From assembly GCA_965204755.1 (NCBI GenBank), contig OZ242011.1, positions 672,001-736,000 of the forward strand: DNA of 64,000 bases. The letters are read 5' to 3'. The position numbers and the translations under genes were made by a program. Positions 38,338 through 49,269 of this stretch are shown piece after piece. Numbering within the stretch: position 1 is the first letter of the stretch; each line of letters starts with the position of its first letter. This DNA comes from Candidatus Marinacidobacterium sp. GTDB lineage: Bacteria > Acidobacteriota > Vicinamibacteria > Marinacidobacterales > Marinacidobacteraceae. Under the pieces are notes generated by a model. That model saw only the letters and a program-made list of their open reading frames with translations, made no database searches and had not been told where the DNA came from.

Positions 38338-39070
38338 GCTGGAAGACGAGTTCCCAGGAGCCGGTGGCGTCCACGGAAACGATCTGGACGCCCGGCCTGA
38401 GCTCGACGAAAGCCCCCGAAGTCACCCGCACCGTCTTGACTCCCGACCATCGGGCAACGAGTTTGTCGATGAGAGTGGAGGCGAAACCACCGGCGATGGA
38501 CTGCACCTTTACGGCGAAGGTCTCCGGAATTCCCCCCTCGGTCTCGTCCAAGTCCGGGTCGCCGTTGTCGAACACCCGAACGATGACCGTCCAGAGCCCG
38601 GAATCGAGCGTAATTCGCTGCGTAGCCGTACCGTGGCCGTTCAGGGCCAGCCGACCGGACCCGTCGGCGGAGATTCCGGGATCTCGGCCGCTCTCGGCCC
38701 GGAAAATGATCTCCCAGTCTCCGGAAGCGTCCACGCAGACGATCTGTTTCCCGGGCGCGGTGTCCTCAGCATCGCCACCCACCCGCAGCGGGACGGCGCC
38801 CGACCAGGAAACGCCGGTCCGGTCCGCCAACACTGTCGGTCCGACCTCAGGGCGAGCGGTCGAGTGCACCTCGACCTCGAAGCCGCCGTCTGTCGTCGTA
38901 CCGAAGGAGCGATCCTGGTTGTTGCGAACACTCAACTCCACAGTCCAGAGACCCTCGGTGAGCATGATCCGGCGCGCTCCACACCCACTGCCGAAGAGGC
39001 GGATCGCACCCCCGCGCATGGCCACCGTGCCGCCCTTGCCCGATGGCGCGGACCCGGTTCCGGCGGTCAT
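38330..39070 (-). CDS. hypothetical protein with two ~100-aa beta-rich repeat domains, no signal peptide
   Basis: GLWTV...WSG...PG.QI..VDA.G.WE twice; paralog of 39225-40172. Confidence 0.75.
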   Translation of the reverse strand: MTAGTGSAPSGKGGTVAMRGGAIRLFGSGCGARRIMLTEGLWTVELSVRNNQDRSFGTTTDGGFEVEVHSTARPEVGPTVLADRTGVSWSGAVPLRVGGDAEDTAPGKQIVCVDASGDWEIIFRAESGRDPGISADGSGRLALNGHGTATQRITLDSGLWTVIVRVFDNGDPDLDETEGGIPETFAVKVQSIAGGFASTLIDKLVARWSGVKTVRVTSGAFVELRPGVQIVSVDATGSWELVFQRE

Positions 39071-39224
39071 TCGGCTTCCTCTCGATGGTGCGAACGGGGC
39101 GACGAACCGCGCCTCGCCGCTTCTCGCGCTGCGGGGCGGCCGGAAGACCGGCCCGCGCCGGAGAATAATCGCGTCCGTCGCAGGAGCCGCCCTGACGCGC
39201 TATGTCGGCGGCCGCCGACGCCGC

Positions 39225-40172
39225 TCATTCGCGTTGGAAGACGAGTTCCCAGGAGCCGGTGGCGTCCACGGACACGACCTGGACGCCCGGGGTGAGGGCG
39301 AGGAAGCCGCGGCCGACTCGGAGGGTTTCGCTGCCGGTCCAGCGGGAGGCGATCTCGTTGGCGAGGACGGCGGAGGCGTCGCCGGCCACCGACTCGATCC
39401 CGACGATGAAGTTGTCTTCGATGGCCGAACCGAAGGTGCGGTCGAGGTTCCCGGAGACGCGGAGGGCCACGGTCCACAGGCCGGGGTCGAGGCGGACCCG
39501 GCGGGTCGCGGTGCCTCGGCCGGAGAGGCGCAGGCGGCCGGAGGCGTCGGGCGAGGCGGCCCGGGCGGCGGGCGGGGCCGAAGCCCCGGCGCCGCCACTC
39601 TCCGGGCGGAGGGTGATCTCCCAGTCGCCGGAGGCGTCCACCGACAGGATTTGGCGGCCGGCGGGGAGTGTGGCGAAGCCGCCGCCCACGCGCAGGGTGG
39701 CGCTCGCCGACCAGGCGCCGACGATCTCGTTGGCGAGGAGTTCCGCGCCGCCGGCGGCGCTCGTGGACTCCACCTCGACGACGAAGTTGTCTTCGACCGC
39801 GGTTCCGAAGGAGCGGTCGAAGTTGTTGCGGACGCGCATCTCCACGGTCCAGAGGCCGGCGTCGAGGGTGACCCGGCGGGTGGCCGAGCCGCTGCCGGAG
39901 AGTTCGACGGCGCCGCGGGGCTGCGGCCGAGCGCCGGCGGAGGCGACCGGCGCAGCGACCGGGGAAACAATTGGGGAGCCGAATGGGGAAGTAATCGGGG
40001 AAGCCGCGGCGGAGGCGGGCGCGGGGACGGCGGCCAGCGCGAGAGCGGCGAACGCGGCGGCGGGGAGGGCGAACGCGCTCGCTCCGGGGCTTCTGCGGAA
40101 CGCCGGGGCTGCCGGGGTGGTTCTCGGGGGACGGCTGTTCAGGCGACGGGGGCGCCGGGGAAGGCTGGTCAT
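39225..40172 (-). CDS. exported hypothetical protein with two ~100-aa beta-rich repeat domains
   Basis: Signal-like N-terminus; GLWTV...EDNF...LANEI...VDA.G.WE twice. Confidence 0.8.
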   Translation of the reverse strand: MTSLPRRPRRLNSRPPRTTPAAPAFRRSPGASAFALPAAAFAALALAAVPAPASAAASPITSPFGSPIVSPVAAPVASAGARPQPRGAVELSGSGSATRRVTLDAGLWTVEMRVRNNFDRSFGTAVEDNFVVEVESTSAAGGAELLANEIVGAWSASATLRVGGGFATLPAGRQILSVDASGDWEITLRPESGGAGASAPPAARAASPDASGRLRLSGRGTATRRVRLDPGLWTVALRVSGNLDRTFGSAIEDNFIVGIESVAGDASAVLANEIASRWTGSETLRVGRGFLALTPGVQVVSVDATGSWELVFQRE

Positions 40173-40298
40173 GGGACTGCAGGTCGAGGGGCGGGGGTCA
40201 GGGGTCAGGGGTCCGAGGCCAGAGGCCGGGGGCCGGGGGCCGGGGGCCGGGGATGCTCGGGGCGAGGGGATGCTCGGGGCGAGGGGACGCCTCGGAGA

Positions 40299-40415
40299 TC
40301 AGGGGACGCTCGGGAAGAGCAGGCGGCGGATGGGGCGGGCGAGGCGGAAGAGGCCGACGATCGCCGCCAGCGAGCCGAGTTCGAGCGCCCAGTGGGTGAG
40401 GGTGCGGAAGTCCAT
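40299..40415 (-). CDS. 38-aa small membrane peptide (not in the ORF track)
   Basis: MDFRTLTHWALELGSLAAIVGLFRLARPIRRLLFPSVP; AAAGGA SD; nearly all codons end in G/C. Confidence 0.6.
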   Translation of the reverse strand: MDFRTLTHWALELGSLAAIVGLFRLARPIRRLLFPSVP

Positions 40416-40624
40416 GGAAGTCGCGTCCTTTCCTGCCCCGGAGCGTCCGCCTCCGGGCGGCGGGGGGAGTCCGGGTTCGTCGTGAGGGGAACGCTACGCG
40501 GCGCGCCGGACGAAAACTGTCACCCCCTCCGCGGCGGGGAGGCCCGCGGAGCGGAGCGGCCCCCGGAACCGGGTACACTGCCGGGCCGCCGGGGAATCCG
40601 GGCGCCGCCGCTCGGCCGTCGCGC

Positions 40625-40706
<82 letters not shown>

Positions 40707-40826
40707 CCGGCCGGCAGCACCTCGTCCTCCGAATGGTTCCGGTCGCGCCGCTCCCCTGCCCGCCCTCGCCGACCCCGATTCCGCTGACCGCCGACCCCTG
40801 CCCGTCCCGATGACCCGCCGGCGGCG

Positions 40827-42194
40827 TTGAGCGAAGACACCGCCGCGCCGATCGCGCTGCCGCTCGCGCCCGGCCCTTCGGCGCCGCGCCGGGCGGCGGC
40901 CGTGCTCGTTCCCGGCCTGGAGTTCCGGGTGGAGGAGTCCACGCAGACGCGCCGCCGCCTTCGAGCGGAGATTCCGGCGGAAGTGTTCGAAGACGCGCTC
41001 CAGACCCGGTTCCGGAAGATCCGGCGGCAGGCGCGGATTCCCGGGTTCCGCAAGGGGAAGGCGCCGAAGGCGCTCATCGAAGAGCGGTTCCTCGACGACG
41101 CCCTGAACCCCGTCTGCCGCGACCTGCTGCAGCGCGCCGCCGCCCAGATCCTCGGCGAACTCGGCCTCATTCCGCTCGCGCCGCCCGAATGGACGGTGAA
41201 GGACGCCGAGCGCGGCGGACCGCTTCGCGCCGACATGGCCTTCAGCATCTGGCCGACGCTGGGCGAGATCGCCTTCGACGGGATCGAAGTCACCGCCCCC
41301 AAGCGGGAGGTGACCGAGGCGGAGATCGGGGACACGCTCGACGAGATCGCCCGGCAGCGGGCGCGGCCCGGGCCGGTCGAGGGCCGGGGCCTCCAGGACG
41401 CGGACTATGTGGCCGGCGACCTGGAAGAAGTGGAACTGGCGGGGGCGGAGGCGCCGCGCGCCACCCCGGACCTGAAACTCCAGGTGGGGGGCGGGGGCTA
41501 CCACCCGGCGCTCCACGAAGCGCTGCAGGGGGCGTCCGTCGGGGACACGGTGGTGGCGACCGCCGCCTTCGGCGCGGACTCGCCGGACCGGGAGCGCGCC
41601 GGGCGGACGATCCGGGCGCAGTTCACCATCCGGGAAGCCGCGACCGCGGTGCCGCCGCCCATCGACGACGACCTGGCGCGGGCGGTGGGGGCGGCCTCGC
41701 TGCTCGCGCTCCGCGGCGACATCCGGGACCGGCTGAAGCGGCGCGCCGCGCGCGACGACCGGAACGAACTGGAGTCGAAACTGCTCGCGGCGCTGCTGGA
41801 GAAGAACCCGGTCGAGGCCCCCGAACCGGCGGTGGAGGCGGAACTCGAAGCGCGCCTCCGCCTGCTGGGCGCCGATCTCGTCCGGCAGGGGGTGGACCTC
41901 GAGAACGCCGGGGTGGACTGGGAGCGGCACGCGAACGAAATGCGGCCGGCGGTCGAGCGGTCGGTGCGCGGCATGATCGCCCTCGACGCGCTGGCGAAGC
42001 AGCAGGACCTCGAACCCGGCGACGAGGAGGTCGAGAAGCGGCTCGGCGAAATCGCCGAGCGGGAGGGCAAGACGGTGGCGGCCATCCGGGGGACGATCCT
42101 GAAGGAGGACCGGATGGACAACCTGGTCGCCCGCCTCCGCCGGGAACGAGCGCTCCGCTTCCTCGAAGAGCGCGCCGAGGTGAAAACGACTTGA
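40827..42194 (+). CDS. tig: trigger factor
   Basis: [10 protein letters not shown] signature; synteny tRNA-Leu-tig-clpP-clpX. Confidence 0.9.
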   Translation: MSEDTAAPIALPLAPGPSAPRRAAAVLVPGLEFRVEESTQTRRRLRAEIPAEVFEDALQTRFRKIRRQARIPGFRKGKAPKALIEERFLDDALNPVCRDLLQRAAAQILGELGLIPLAPPEWTVKDAERGGPLRADMAFSIWPTLGEIAFDGIEVTAPKREVTEAEIGDTLDEIARQRARPGPVEGRGLQDADYVAGDLEEVELAGAEAPRATPDLKLQVGGGGYHPALHEALQGASVGDTVVATAAFGADSPDRERAGRTIRAQFTIREAATAVPPPIDDDLARAVGAASLLALRGDIRDRLKRRAARDDRNELESKLLAALLEKNPVEAPEPAVEAELEARLRLLGADLVRQGVDLENAGVDWERHANEMRPAVERSVRGMIALDALAKQQDLEPGDEEVEKRLGEIAEREGKTVAAIRGTILKEDRMDNLVARLRRERALRFLEERAEVKTT

Positions 42195-42366
42195 CCGTGG
42201 AGAGCCGCCCGTCGGCCCGCCGGGCGCCCGAGCCGCCCCCGCGGGGCGCGCCGCGCCGGCGAAACTTCCGCCCGGCCGGCGCGAAACCGCCGTCCCCGTC
42301 CCTTCCGGCCCGCCCCGTCGAGGCGGGCCGCCACCCCTGCCCCGCAGTTCCCGCAGAAAGGCCCGC

Positions 42367-42978
42367 ATGAGCGATCCCGAACCGACCCGCAACCAGGTGC
42401 TCATTCCCCATGTCATCGAACAGACCGGCCGGGGAGAGCGCGCCTACGACATCTACTCGCGCCTGCTCAAGGACAACATCGTGTTCATCGGCCAGCAGAT
42501 CCACGACGCGCTGGCGAACACGGTGGTCGCCCAACTCCTGTTCCTCGAGGCGGAGGACCCGGAGAAGGAGATCTCGGTGTACATCAACTGTCCGGGCGGC
42601 TCGGTGAGCGCCGGGCTGGCGATCTACGACACCCTGCAGTTCATCCGCCCGGATGTCACCACCTACTGCCTGGGGCAGGCGTCGAGCATGGGCGCGGTCC
42701 TCCTCGCCGCCGGCGCGGAGGGGAAGCGGTTCGCCCTGCCGAACTCCTCGATCATGATCCACCAGCCGCTCGGGGGCGCCTCCGGGCAGGCTTCGGACAT
42801 CGAGATCCACGCCCGGCAGATCGTCCGGATCCGCTCCCGCATCACCGAGATCCTGGCGCGGCACACCGGCAAGTCCGCGAAGCAGATCGCCGGGGACATC
42901 GAGCGCGACCGGTTCATGACCGCCGAGGAAGCCAAGGCCTACGGCGTCGTGGACGCGGTCATCGAACACCGGGCGTGA
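42367..42978 (+). CDS. clpP: ATP-dependent Clp protease proteolytic subunit
   Basis: [29 protein letters not shown]. Confidence 0.98.
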   Translation: MSDPEPTRNQVLIPHVIEQTGRGERAYDIYSRLLKDNIVFIGQQIHDALANTVVAQLLFLEAEDPEKEISVYINCPGGSVSAGLAIYDTLQFIRPDVTTYCLGQASSMGAVLLAAGAEGKRFALPNSSIMIHQPLGGASGQASDIEIHARQIVRIRSRITEILARHTGKSAKQIAGDIERDRFMTAEEAKAYGVVDAVIEHRA

Positions 42979-43235
42979 CGGCCTGCGGAACCGGGAACCG
43001 CGCGAATTCGCCCGCGATCCGGCTAGAATGCGCCCGACCGGCGGCCGTGAGCGGCGGCCGGGACGGGGCCGGGCGCCGCGCGGCGGGCCGGACCGACGAC
43101 GCGGGAATCCGGCGGGAACCCGGACGGATGAACCGAGAGACCAGACCAGCGATTCGGGACTGAGACCGAAGCCGACCGCTACGACCACCACCACCCGAAC
43201 GCAACACCACCGGACGAGGACGCGGGACCGAGCGC

Positions 43236-44513
43236 GTGGCCACCAAAGGTAAGGGCAACCGGGGCAGCGGCCCCTCCGACACGCTGACCTGCAGTTTCTG
43301 CAACAAGCAGCAGCGGGCCGACGGCAAACTCATCGCCGGCCCGGACGGCATCTTCATCTGCGACGAATGCGTCGCCATCTGCAACGACATCATCGCCGAC
43401 AAGTCGAAGACGCTGTCGCCGAAGTCGAAACCCCGGCGCCACCTCACCCCGGAGCAGATCAAGGGCCGGCTCGACGAGTATGTGATCGGGCAGGAGCAGG
43501 CGAAGAAGAAACTCGCGGTCGCGGTGTACAACCACTACAAGCGCATCCGCATCTCCGAGGATTCGGCGCAGCCGCGGGACTCCGTGGAACTCAGCAAGAG
43601 CAATGTGCTGCTCATGGGCGCGACCGGGACCGGGAAGACCCTGCTCGCGCAGACGCTGGCGCGCATCCTCGAAGTGCCGTTCACCATCGTGGACGCCACC
43701 ACGCTCACCGAGGCCGGCTATGTGGGCGAGGATGTGGAGAACATCATCCTCAAGTTGCTGCAGGCCGCCGACAGCGACATCGCCCGGGCGCAGGAGGGGA
43801 TCATCTATGTGGACGAGATCGACAAGGTCTGCCGCAAGAGCGAAAACCCCTCGATCACCCGCGATGTCTCCGGCGAAGGCGTGCAGCAGGCGCTGCTCAA
43901 GATCGTGGAAGGCACGGTCGCCAATGTGCCGCCGCAGGGCGGCCGGAAACACCCGCACCAGGAGTTCCACCAGGTCGATACGACGAACATCCTGTTCATC
44001 TGCGGCGGGGCGTTCGTCGGTCTCGAATCCATCATCGAGCGGCGCATCGGACAGAAGGCGCTCGGGTTCGGCGCGGAGGTCCCGGAGAACGCCCGCGCCC
44101 GGCGCGCCGCCACCTTCGAACAGGGACAACCCACCGACCTGATCCGGTACGGGTTGATACCCGAGTTCGTCGGACGGCTCCCGGTCGTCGCCACGCTCGA
44201 CCCGCTCGACGAGGACGACCTGGTCCGGATCATGACCGAGCCCAAGAACGCCATCGTGAAGCAGTACGAAACGCTGCTCCGGGCGGAGGGGGTGGCCTGC
44301 CGGTTCACGCCCGACGCGCTGCGCGCCATCGCGCGGCAGGCCACGGAACGCGACCTCGGCGCGCGCGGGCTGCGGATGATCCTCGAAGACCTGATGCTCG
44401 ACCTGATGTACGACCTGCCCACCCGGAAGCAGGTGCGCGAAGTGGTGGTGACCCGGGAATTCGCCGCCGGCGAAGCCGAACCGGTCACCGTCCTCTCCCG
44501 CAAGGCCGGCTGA
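43236..44513 (+). CDS. clpX: Clp protease ATP-binding subunit ClpX
   Basis: CSFC...ICDEC zinc finger, [25 protein letters not shown] loop. Confidence 0.98.
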   Translation: MATKGKGNRGSGPSDTLTCSFCNKQQRADGKLIAGPDGIFICDECVAICNDIIADKSKTLSPKSKPRRHLTPEQIKGRLDEYVIGQEQAKKKLAVAVYNHYKRIRISEDSAQPRDSVELSKSNVLLMGATGTGKTLLAQTLARILEVPFTIVDATTLTEAGYVGEDVENIILKLLQAADSDIARAQEGIIYVDEIDKVCRKSENPSITRDVSGEGVQQALLKIVEGTVANVPPQGGRKHPHQEFHQVDTTNILFICGGAFVGLESIIERRIGQKALGFGAEVPENARARRAATFEQGQPTDLIRYGLIPEFVGRLPVVATLDPLDEDDLVRIMTEPKNAIVKQYETLLRAEGVACRFTPDALRAIARQATERDLGARGLRMILEDLMLDLMYDLPTRKQVREVVVTREFAAGEAEPVTVLSRKAG

Positions 44514-44636
44514 CGCCGCCGAGCGAACCCGAAGACCAACCATCCGGCAGAACCGTCCGGCCGAACTTCGCGCCGGACACCGATGATCCCGGCCCGCGGC
44601 CGACCGGCCGCGCCGGCCTCCCCTCCGAACGAAACC

Positions 44637-45281
44637 ATGTCCAAGAGGCCCTCGACGACGGCGGTGTTCCTGACCAGCGCCGCCGCGCCGGAAGGATTCC
44701 CGCCGCCGGAAGTCCCGGAGGTGTGTTTCGTCGGCCGGTCGAATGTGGGCAAGTCCAGCCTCCTCAACCGGCTCGCCGGCAAACGCGCGGTGGCGGCGGT
44801 TTCGCGGACGCCGGGGCGCACGCGGCTCGTGAACTTCTTCCAGGTGGGCGACCGGTACCGGCTGGTGGATCTTCCGGGGTACGGCTTCGCCCGGGTCCCC
44901 GACGCCGTCCGGGCGCCGTGGGAACGGTTGGTGCTCGCCTACCTCGCCGGGCGGGAGACCCTGGCGCTGCACCTCCTGCTCGTGGACATCCGCCGGGAAC
45001 CGCTCGAAAGCGACCGGGCGGCGCTCGACCTGCTGCTCGAAGGCGAAGCGCCCGTGGTGGTCGTCGCGACGAAAGCCGACAAACTGAAACACGGCGCCCG
45101 CGCGGCGCAACTGCGGCTGCTCGAAGCCGCCTACCGCTCCGCCGGCGCGGCGGCGGTGGTTCCCTGCTCGGCGGTCACCTTCGGGAAGCGGAAGGCGAAG
45201 GGCCCGGCCGGCGGCGCGCGGCGGAGCGGCGTGGAAGCGGTGCGCCGGGTCGTCGAGGAACGGGTGGCGGCATGGCGATGA
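44637..45281 (+). CDS. engB: ribosome biogenesis GTPase YihA/EngB
   Basis: [27 protein letters not shown]. Confidence 0.95.
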   Translation: MSKRPSTTAVFLTSAAAPEGFPPPEVPEVCFVGRSNVGKSSLLNRLAGKRAVAAVSRTPGRTRLVNFFQVGDRYRLVDLPGYGFARVPDAVRAPWERLVLAYLAGRETLALHLLLVDIRREPLESDRAALDLLLEGEAPVVVVATKADKLKHGARAAQLRLLEAAYRSAGAAAVVPCSAVTFGKRKAKGPAGGARRSGVEAVRRVVEERVAAWR

Positions 45282-46633
45282 CCGCCGGCGCGGGAACCAT
45301 CCGCAAGAAACACCGGAAGGTGTTCCGCGCCGGACCGCGCGTGGTGCAAAAGCCCACGAATCCGGAGGAGCCGCCGCTCCGCATCGCCGAACTCGCGCGG
45401 AAGACGCCGGCGGAGTTGCAGGAAGTGGCGGTGTCCCTGGACATCGAGTTCCCCGACGCCCTCGCGCGGCAGGACCTGCTCTACCGGATCCTCGGGGCGC
45501 ACTCCGAAAAGGGCGGCCGCATCGTGGCGCGGGGCACGCTCCACATGTTGGTGGAGGGTTTCGGGTTCGTCCGCTCGGCGATCAACTCCTACCTGCCGGG
45601 GCCGAACGATGTGTATGTCTCGCCGCAGCAGATCCGCCGGTTCCGGTTGCGCAGCGGCGACATGCTGGAAGGGGAGATCCGCCGCCCCCGGCGCGGCGAG
45701 CGCTACTACGGGCTGCGCGACCTCTACACCGTGAACGACCAGTCGGCGTTCGAGCGGAAGGTCCCCACCGAGTTCGAACAGTTGACCGCGCTCCACCCGG
45801 ACCGGATGATCCGGCTCGAGCACGACCCGGAGGAACTCGCCGCCCGGGTGGTGGACCTGGTCGCGCCCGTCGGCGCCGGGCAACGCGGGCTCATCGTCGC
45901 GCCGCCGCGCGCCGGGAAGACGGTGATGCTGCAGTCCATCGCGCGGGCGATCCGGAAGAACCACCCGGACATCGAGTTGCTGGTGCTCCTCGTGGACGAA
46001 CGGCCGGAGGAAGTCACCGACATGCTCCGCAATGTGAACGCGGAGATCCTGAGTTCCACCTTCGACGAACGCGGCATCCGCCATATCCAGGTCGCCGAGG
46101 CCTGTCTCGACCGCGCCAAGCGCCGGGTGGAATTAGGAAAGCAGGTCGTGATCCTGCTGGACTCGCTCACCCGGCTGGCGCGGGCCTACAACCACACCCG
46201 CACCACCGGACACGCGCGGCTCCTGTCCGGGGGTATGGACGCCAAGGCGATCCAGTACCCGAAGAAGTTCTTCGGCGCCGCCCGGAACACCGAGGACGGG
46301 GGGGCGCTGACCATCCTGGCGACCGCGCTGGTGGACACCGGCAGCCGGCTGGACGACCTGGTGTACGAGGAGTTCAAGGGCACCGGCAACCTGGAGATCC
46401 ACCTCGACCAGCGCCTGCTGGAGCAGCGGATGTTCCCGGCCATCGACATCCACCAGAGCGGGACCCGGCGCGAAGAGATGCTGCTGAACGAGACCGAACT
46501 CCACTACATGCAGGTTCTCCGGCGGGTGCTGGCCCCGCTCGACCCGGTGGAGGCCATGACCCTGGTCCTCGACCGGATGAAACAGACGGCGACGAACGAG
46601 GAATTCCTCCAGGGAATGGCCAAGGGCGTGTGA
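45272..46633 (+). CDS. rho: transcription termination factor Rho (start 45272 or 45278)
   Basis: [50 protein letters not shown]. Confidence 0.96.
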   Translation: MAMTAGAGTIRKKHRKVFRAGPRVVQKPTNPEEPPLRIAELARKTPAELQEVAVSLDIEFPDALARQDLLYRILGAHSEKGGRIVARGTLHMLVEGFGFVRSAINSYLPGPNDVYVSPQQIRRFRLRSGDMLEGEIRRPRRGERYYGLRDLYTVNDQSAFERKVPTEFEQLTALHPDRMIRLEHDPEELAARVVDLVAPVGAGQRGLIVAPPRAGKTVMLQSIARAIRKNHPDIELLVLLVDERPEEVTDMLRNVNAEILSSTFDERGIRHIQVAEACLDRAKRRVELGKQVVILLDSLTRLARAYNHTRTTGHARLLSGGMDAKAIQYPKKFFGAARNTEDGGALTILATALVDTGSRLDDLVYEEFKGTGNLEIHLDQRLLEQRMFPAIDIHQSGTRREEMLLNETELHYMQVLRRVLAPLDPVEAMTLVLDRMKQTATNEEFLQGMAKGV

Positions 46634-46671
46634 GCGCCGCGGGCCGCTGCGCTAGGATTCCCGGTTCCGCC

Positions 46672-46911
46672 ATGAGAGAAGGCATCCACCCTCCGTACCA
46701 GGAAATCCGGGTCACCTGCGCCTGCGGCGCGGAGTTCCGGACCCGGTCCACCCGGAAGGACGACCTGCGCCTGGAGATCTGCTCCAAGTGCCACCCGTTC
46801 TTCACCGGGAAGCAGCGGATCGTGGACTCCACCGGACGGGTCGAGCGGTTCCGCCAGAAGTACGGCGAAGTCCGCTCGAAGCGCGCCGCCCGCCAGGCCG
46901 CGGAGATCTAA
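46672..46911 (+). CDS. rpmE: 50S ribosomal protein L31 (zinc-binding type)
   Basis: MREGIHP...CACG...[13 protein letters not shown]...GRVERF. Confidence 0.97.
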   Translation: MREGIHPPYQEIRVTCACGAEFRTRSTRKDDLRLEICSKCHPFFTGKQRIVDSTGRVERFRQKYGEVRSKRAARQAAEI

Positions 46912-46950
46912 CCCTCCCCGCCCGTCCCCCGGACGGGCTGAATCCAGGCC

Positions 46951-48129
46951 GTGGCTACGCCTGCCGCCGGGAGTCCCGGCGTCCGCACCCCGGATCGGAA
47001 CGGGGGCGGCGCGTCCGGCGGCGCGTCCGGCGGCATCACCGGAACGCCCCGCCCGGAGGGGATCGAGGGCCCGCTGCGCGCCGCCGAGGCCCGCTGCCGG
47101 GAGGTCGAGGAGGCGCTCGCCCGCCCGGAAACGCTGGCCGACCGGGCGGAACTCCACCGGCTCTCGGCGCTCCACGCCGAACTCGAACCGCTGATCGAGG
47201 CCGGGCGGAAGCGCGAGGCGGCGCTCCTCCGGCGGGACGAAGCCGTGGAACTCACGGACGACCCCGACGCCGAGGTCGCCGCGCTCGCCGCCGAAGAAGC
47301 CGCCGATGCCGAAGCCGAACTCCGGACGGTCGAAGAGGAGATCCGCCGGCTCCTGCTGCCGAGGGACCCGAACGACGAGCGGAATGTGCTGCTCGAAGTG
47401 CGCGCCGGGACCGGCGGGGAAGAGGCGGCGCTCTTCGCCGGCGAGATCTTCCGGATGTACTCGCTCTACGGGAAGGCCCGCGGCTACCGGGTGGACCTGG
47501 TCTCCGCGAACGAGACCACGGTGGGCGGGCTGAAGGAAGCGGTGGCGGTGATCGAGGGGAAAGGCGCGTTCAGCCGGTTCAAGTACGAGAGCGGCGTCCA
47601 CCGGGTGCAGCGGGTGCCGGCCACCGAAGCCTCCGGCCGGATCCACACCTCGGCGGTTACCGTCGCGGTGCTGCCCGAAGCCGAGGAAGTGGAGATCCGG
47701 ATCGACCCGAAGGACCTGCGCATCGACACCTTCTGCTCCTCCGGGCCCGGCGGGCAGAGCGTGAACACCACCTACTCGGCGGTGCGGATCACCCACCTGC
47801 CGAGCGGGTTGGTGGTGAGTTGCCAGGACGAGAAGTCGCAGATCAAGAACCGGACGAAGGCGATGCGGGTGCTGCGCTCCCGGCTCTACGACCTCGCCCG
47901 CGCGGAGCAGCGCGAGCAGGTGGCCGAAGCGCGGCGCGGGCAGGTGGGGCGGGGCGACCGGAGCGAGAAGATCCGCACCTACAACTTCCGGGAGAACCGG
48001 GTCACCGACCACCGGATCGCGCTGACCCTCCACGCGCTTCCGGCGGTGCTCGGCGGCGACCTCGACCCGATCATCGGCCCGCTGCAGACCGCGGAACAGG
48101 CCGAACGCCTGAAGTCCCTCCACGGATGA
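46951..48129 (+). CDS. prfA: peptide chain release factor 1
   Basis: VPATE (PxT motif), [18 protein letters not shown]. Confidence 0.97.
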   Translation: MATPAAGSPGVRTPDRNGGGASGGASGGITGTPRPEGIEGPLRAAEARCREVEEALARPETLADRAELHRLSALHAELEPLIEAGRKREAALLRRDEAVELTDDPDAEVAALAAEEAADAEAELRTVEEEIRRLLLPRDPNDERNVLLEVRAGTGGEEAALFAGEIFRMYSLYGKARGYRVDLVSANETTVGGLKEAVAVIEGKGAFSRFKYESGVHRVQRVPATEASGRIHTSAVTVAVLPEAEEVEIRIDPKDLRIDTFCSSGPGGQSVNTTYSAVRITHLPSGLVVSCQDEKSQIKNRTKAMRVLRSRLYDLARAEQREQVAEARRGQVGRGDRSEKIRTYNFRENRVTDHRIALTLHALPAVLGGDLDPIIGPLQTAEQAERLKSLHG

Positions 48130-49034
48130 CCGGCGGCGGAGCGACCGCCGCCGCAACAGGCACGACGGTCGGGGCGGCGCTCCGGGAGGCCGAGCGCCGG
48201 CTGCGGGACGCCGGCGTCCCCTCCCCCGCCTTCGACGCGCGGCTGCTCCTCCGGGCCGCCGCCGGGTGGACCGCCGCCGAACTCGTCGCGGAAGGCCGCT
48301 CCCGGCTCGCTCCGGGCGCGCGAGCCGCTTTCGGGCGGCTGGTCGCCGGGCGCGCCGCCCGCCGGCCGCTCCAGCACCTGACCGGGACCGTCGAGTTCCA
48401 CGGGCTCCCGCTCGCGGTCGGCCCGGAGGCGCTCGTCCCCCGCCCGGAGACGGAAGTCCTGGTCGAGGCGGCGCTAGCGTTCGCCCGGGAAACCGGCCCG
48501 GCGCTCCGCATCGCGGATGTGGGGTGCGGCGCCGGCCCGATCGCCCTCGCGCTCGCCGCCCGACTGCCGCAGGCCTTCGCCACCGGCTTCGACAACGACC
48601 CGGCCGCGCTCCGGCTCGCCGCCCGGAACCGGCGCGCAAACGGGCTCGACGACCGGGTCGCTCTCGCGCGGGCCGACCTCCTCACCGCCGCGCGCCCCGG
48701 CGCGTTCCGCGTCATCGCGGCGAACCTGCCCTATGTGCCCACCGCCGAGATCGGGACGCTCGAACCGGAGGTCCGCGACCACGAGCCGCGGCAGGCGCTG
48801 GACGGCGGCCCGGACGGGCTCGACCCGCTCCGGCGCCTCCTCCCCGGCGCGCGGCGGGCGCTGGAACCCGGCGGGCGGCTCTTCCTCGAGATCGGCGCCG
48901 GCCAGCGGGAGGCGGCGGCCCGGCTGCTCTCCGCCGCGGGATTCGGCCCGGTCGCGGCGATCCCCGACCTCGCCGGAATCCCCCGCGTCCTCGCCGCCGA
49001 ACCGGACCCCGGAGCCGCCCCGGCGCGCGGGTAG
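48126..49034 (+). CDS. prmC: release factor glutamine methyltransferase
   Basis: [30 protein letters not shown]; ATG overlaps prfA stop. Confidence 0.94.
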   Translation: MTGGGATAAATGTTVGAALREAERRLRDAGVPSPAFDARLLLRAAAGWTAAELVAEGRSRLAPGARAAFGRLVAGRAARRPLQHLTGTVEFHGLPLAVGPEALVPRPETEVLVEAALAFARETGPALRIADVGCGAGPIALALAARLPQAFATGFDNDPAALRLAARNRRANGLDDRVALARADLLTAARPGAFRVIAANLPYVPTAEIGTLEPEVRDHEPRQALDGGPDGLDPLRRLLPGARRALEPGGRLFLEIGAGQREAAARLLSAAGFGPVAAIPDLAGIPRVLAAEPDPGAAPARG

Positions 49035-49255
49035 CAGCCCGTGGAGAAAGTCCGGGGAGGGCCCGTCGGCGCGAAGCGCCGACCGGGGAGGGGTGCGGGG
49101 AGGGGGTGTCCCCCTCCCCGCGAAAGAAGGCGGGGGGAATCGCGCAGCGATTCCACCCGCCAGCCCGTGGGAAGAGCGCCCCGCGACGAAACCCCGCGGG
49201 GACTTGGCCCCTTCCGGTCGAAGTGCCGGGGGCGGGGCGCTCTTTCCGCGGGCCG
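49035..49255. mobile_element. 221-bp MITE/REPIN-like element, copy 1
   Basis: Ends CAGCCCGTGGAGAAAG...CTCTTTCCGCGGGCCG; internal palindromes; homologous to 57793-58013. Confidence 0.8.
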
Positions 49256-49269
49256 ATAGGATCGTTCCC

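Noticed and set aside
39092-39107. GAAC-N8-GAAC upstream of the 38330-39070 gene
   Set aside because: Spacer is 8 nt rather than the 7 nt of the LexA motif; likely chance.
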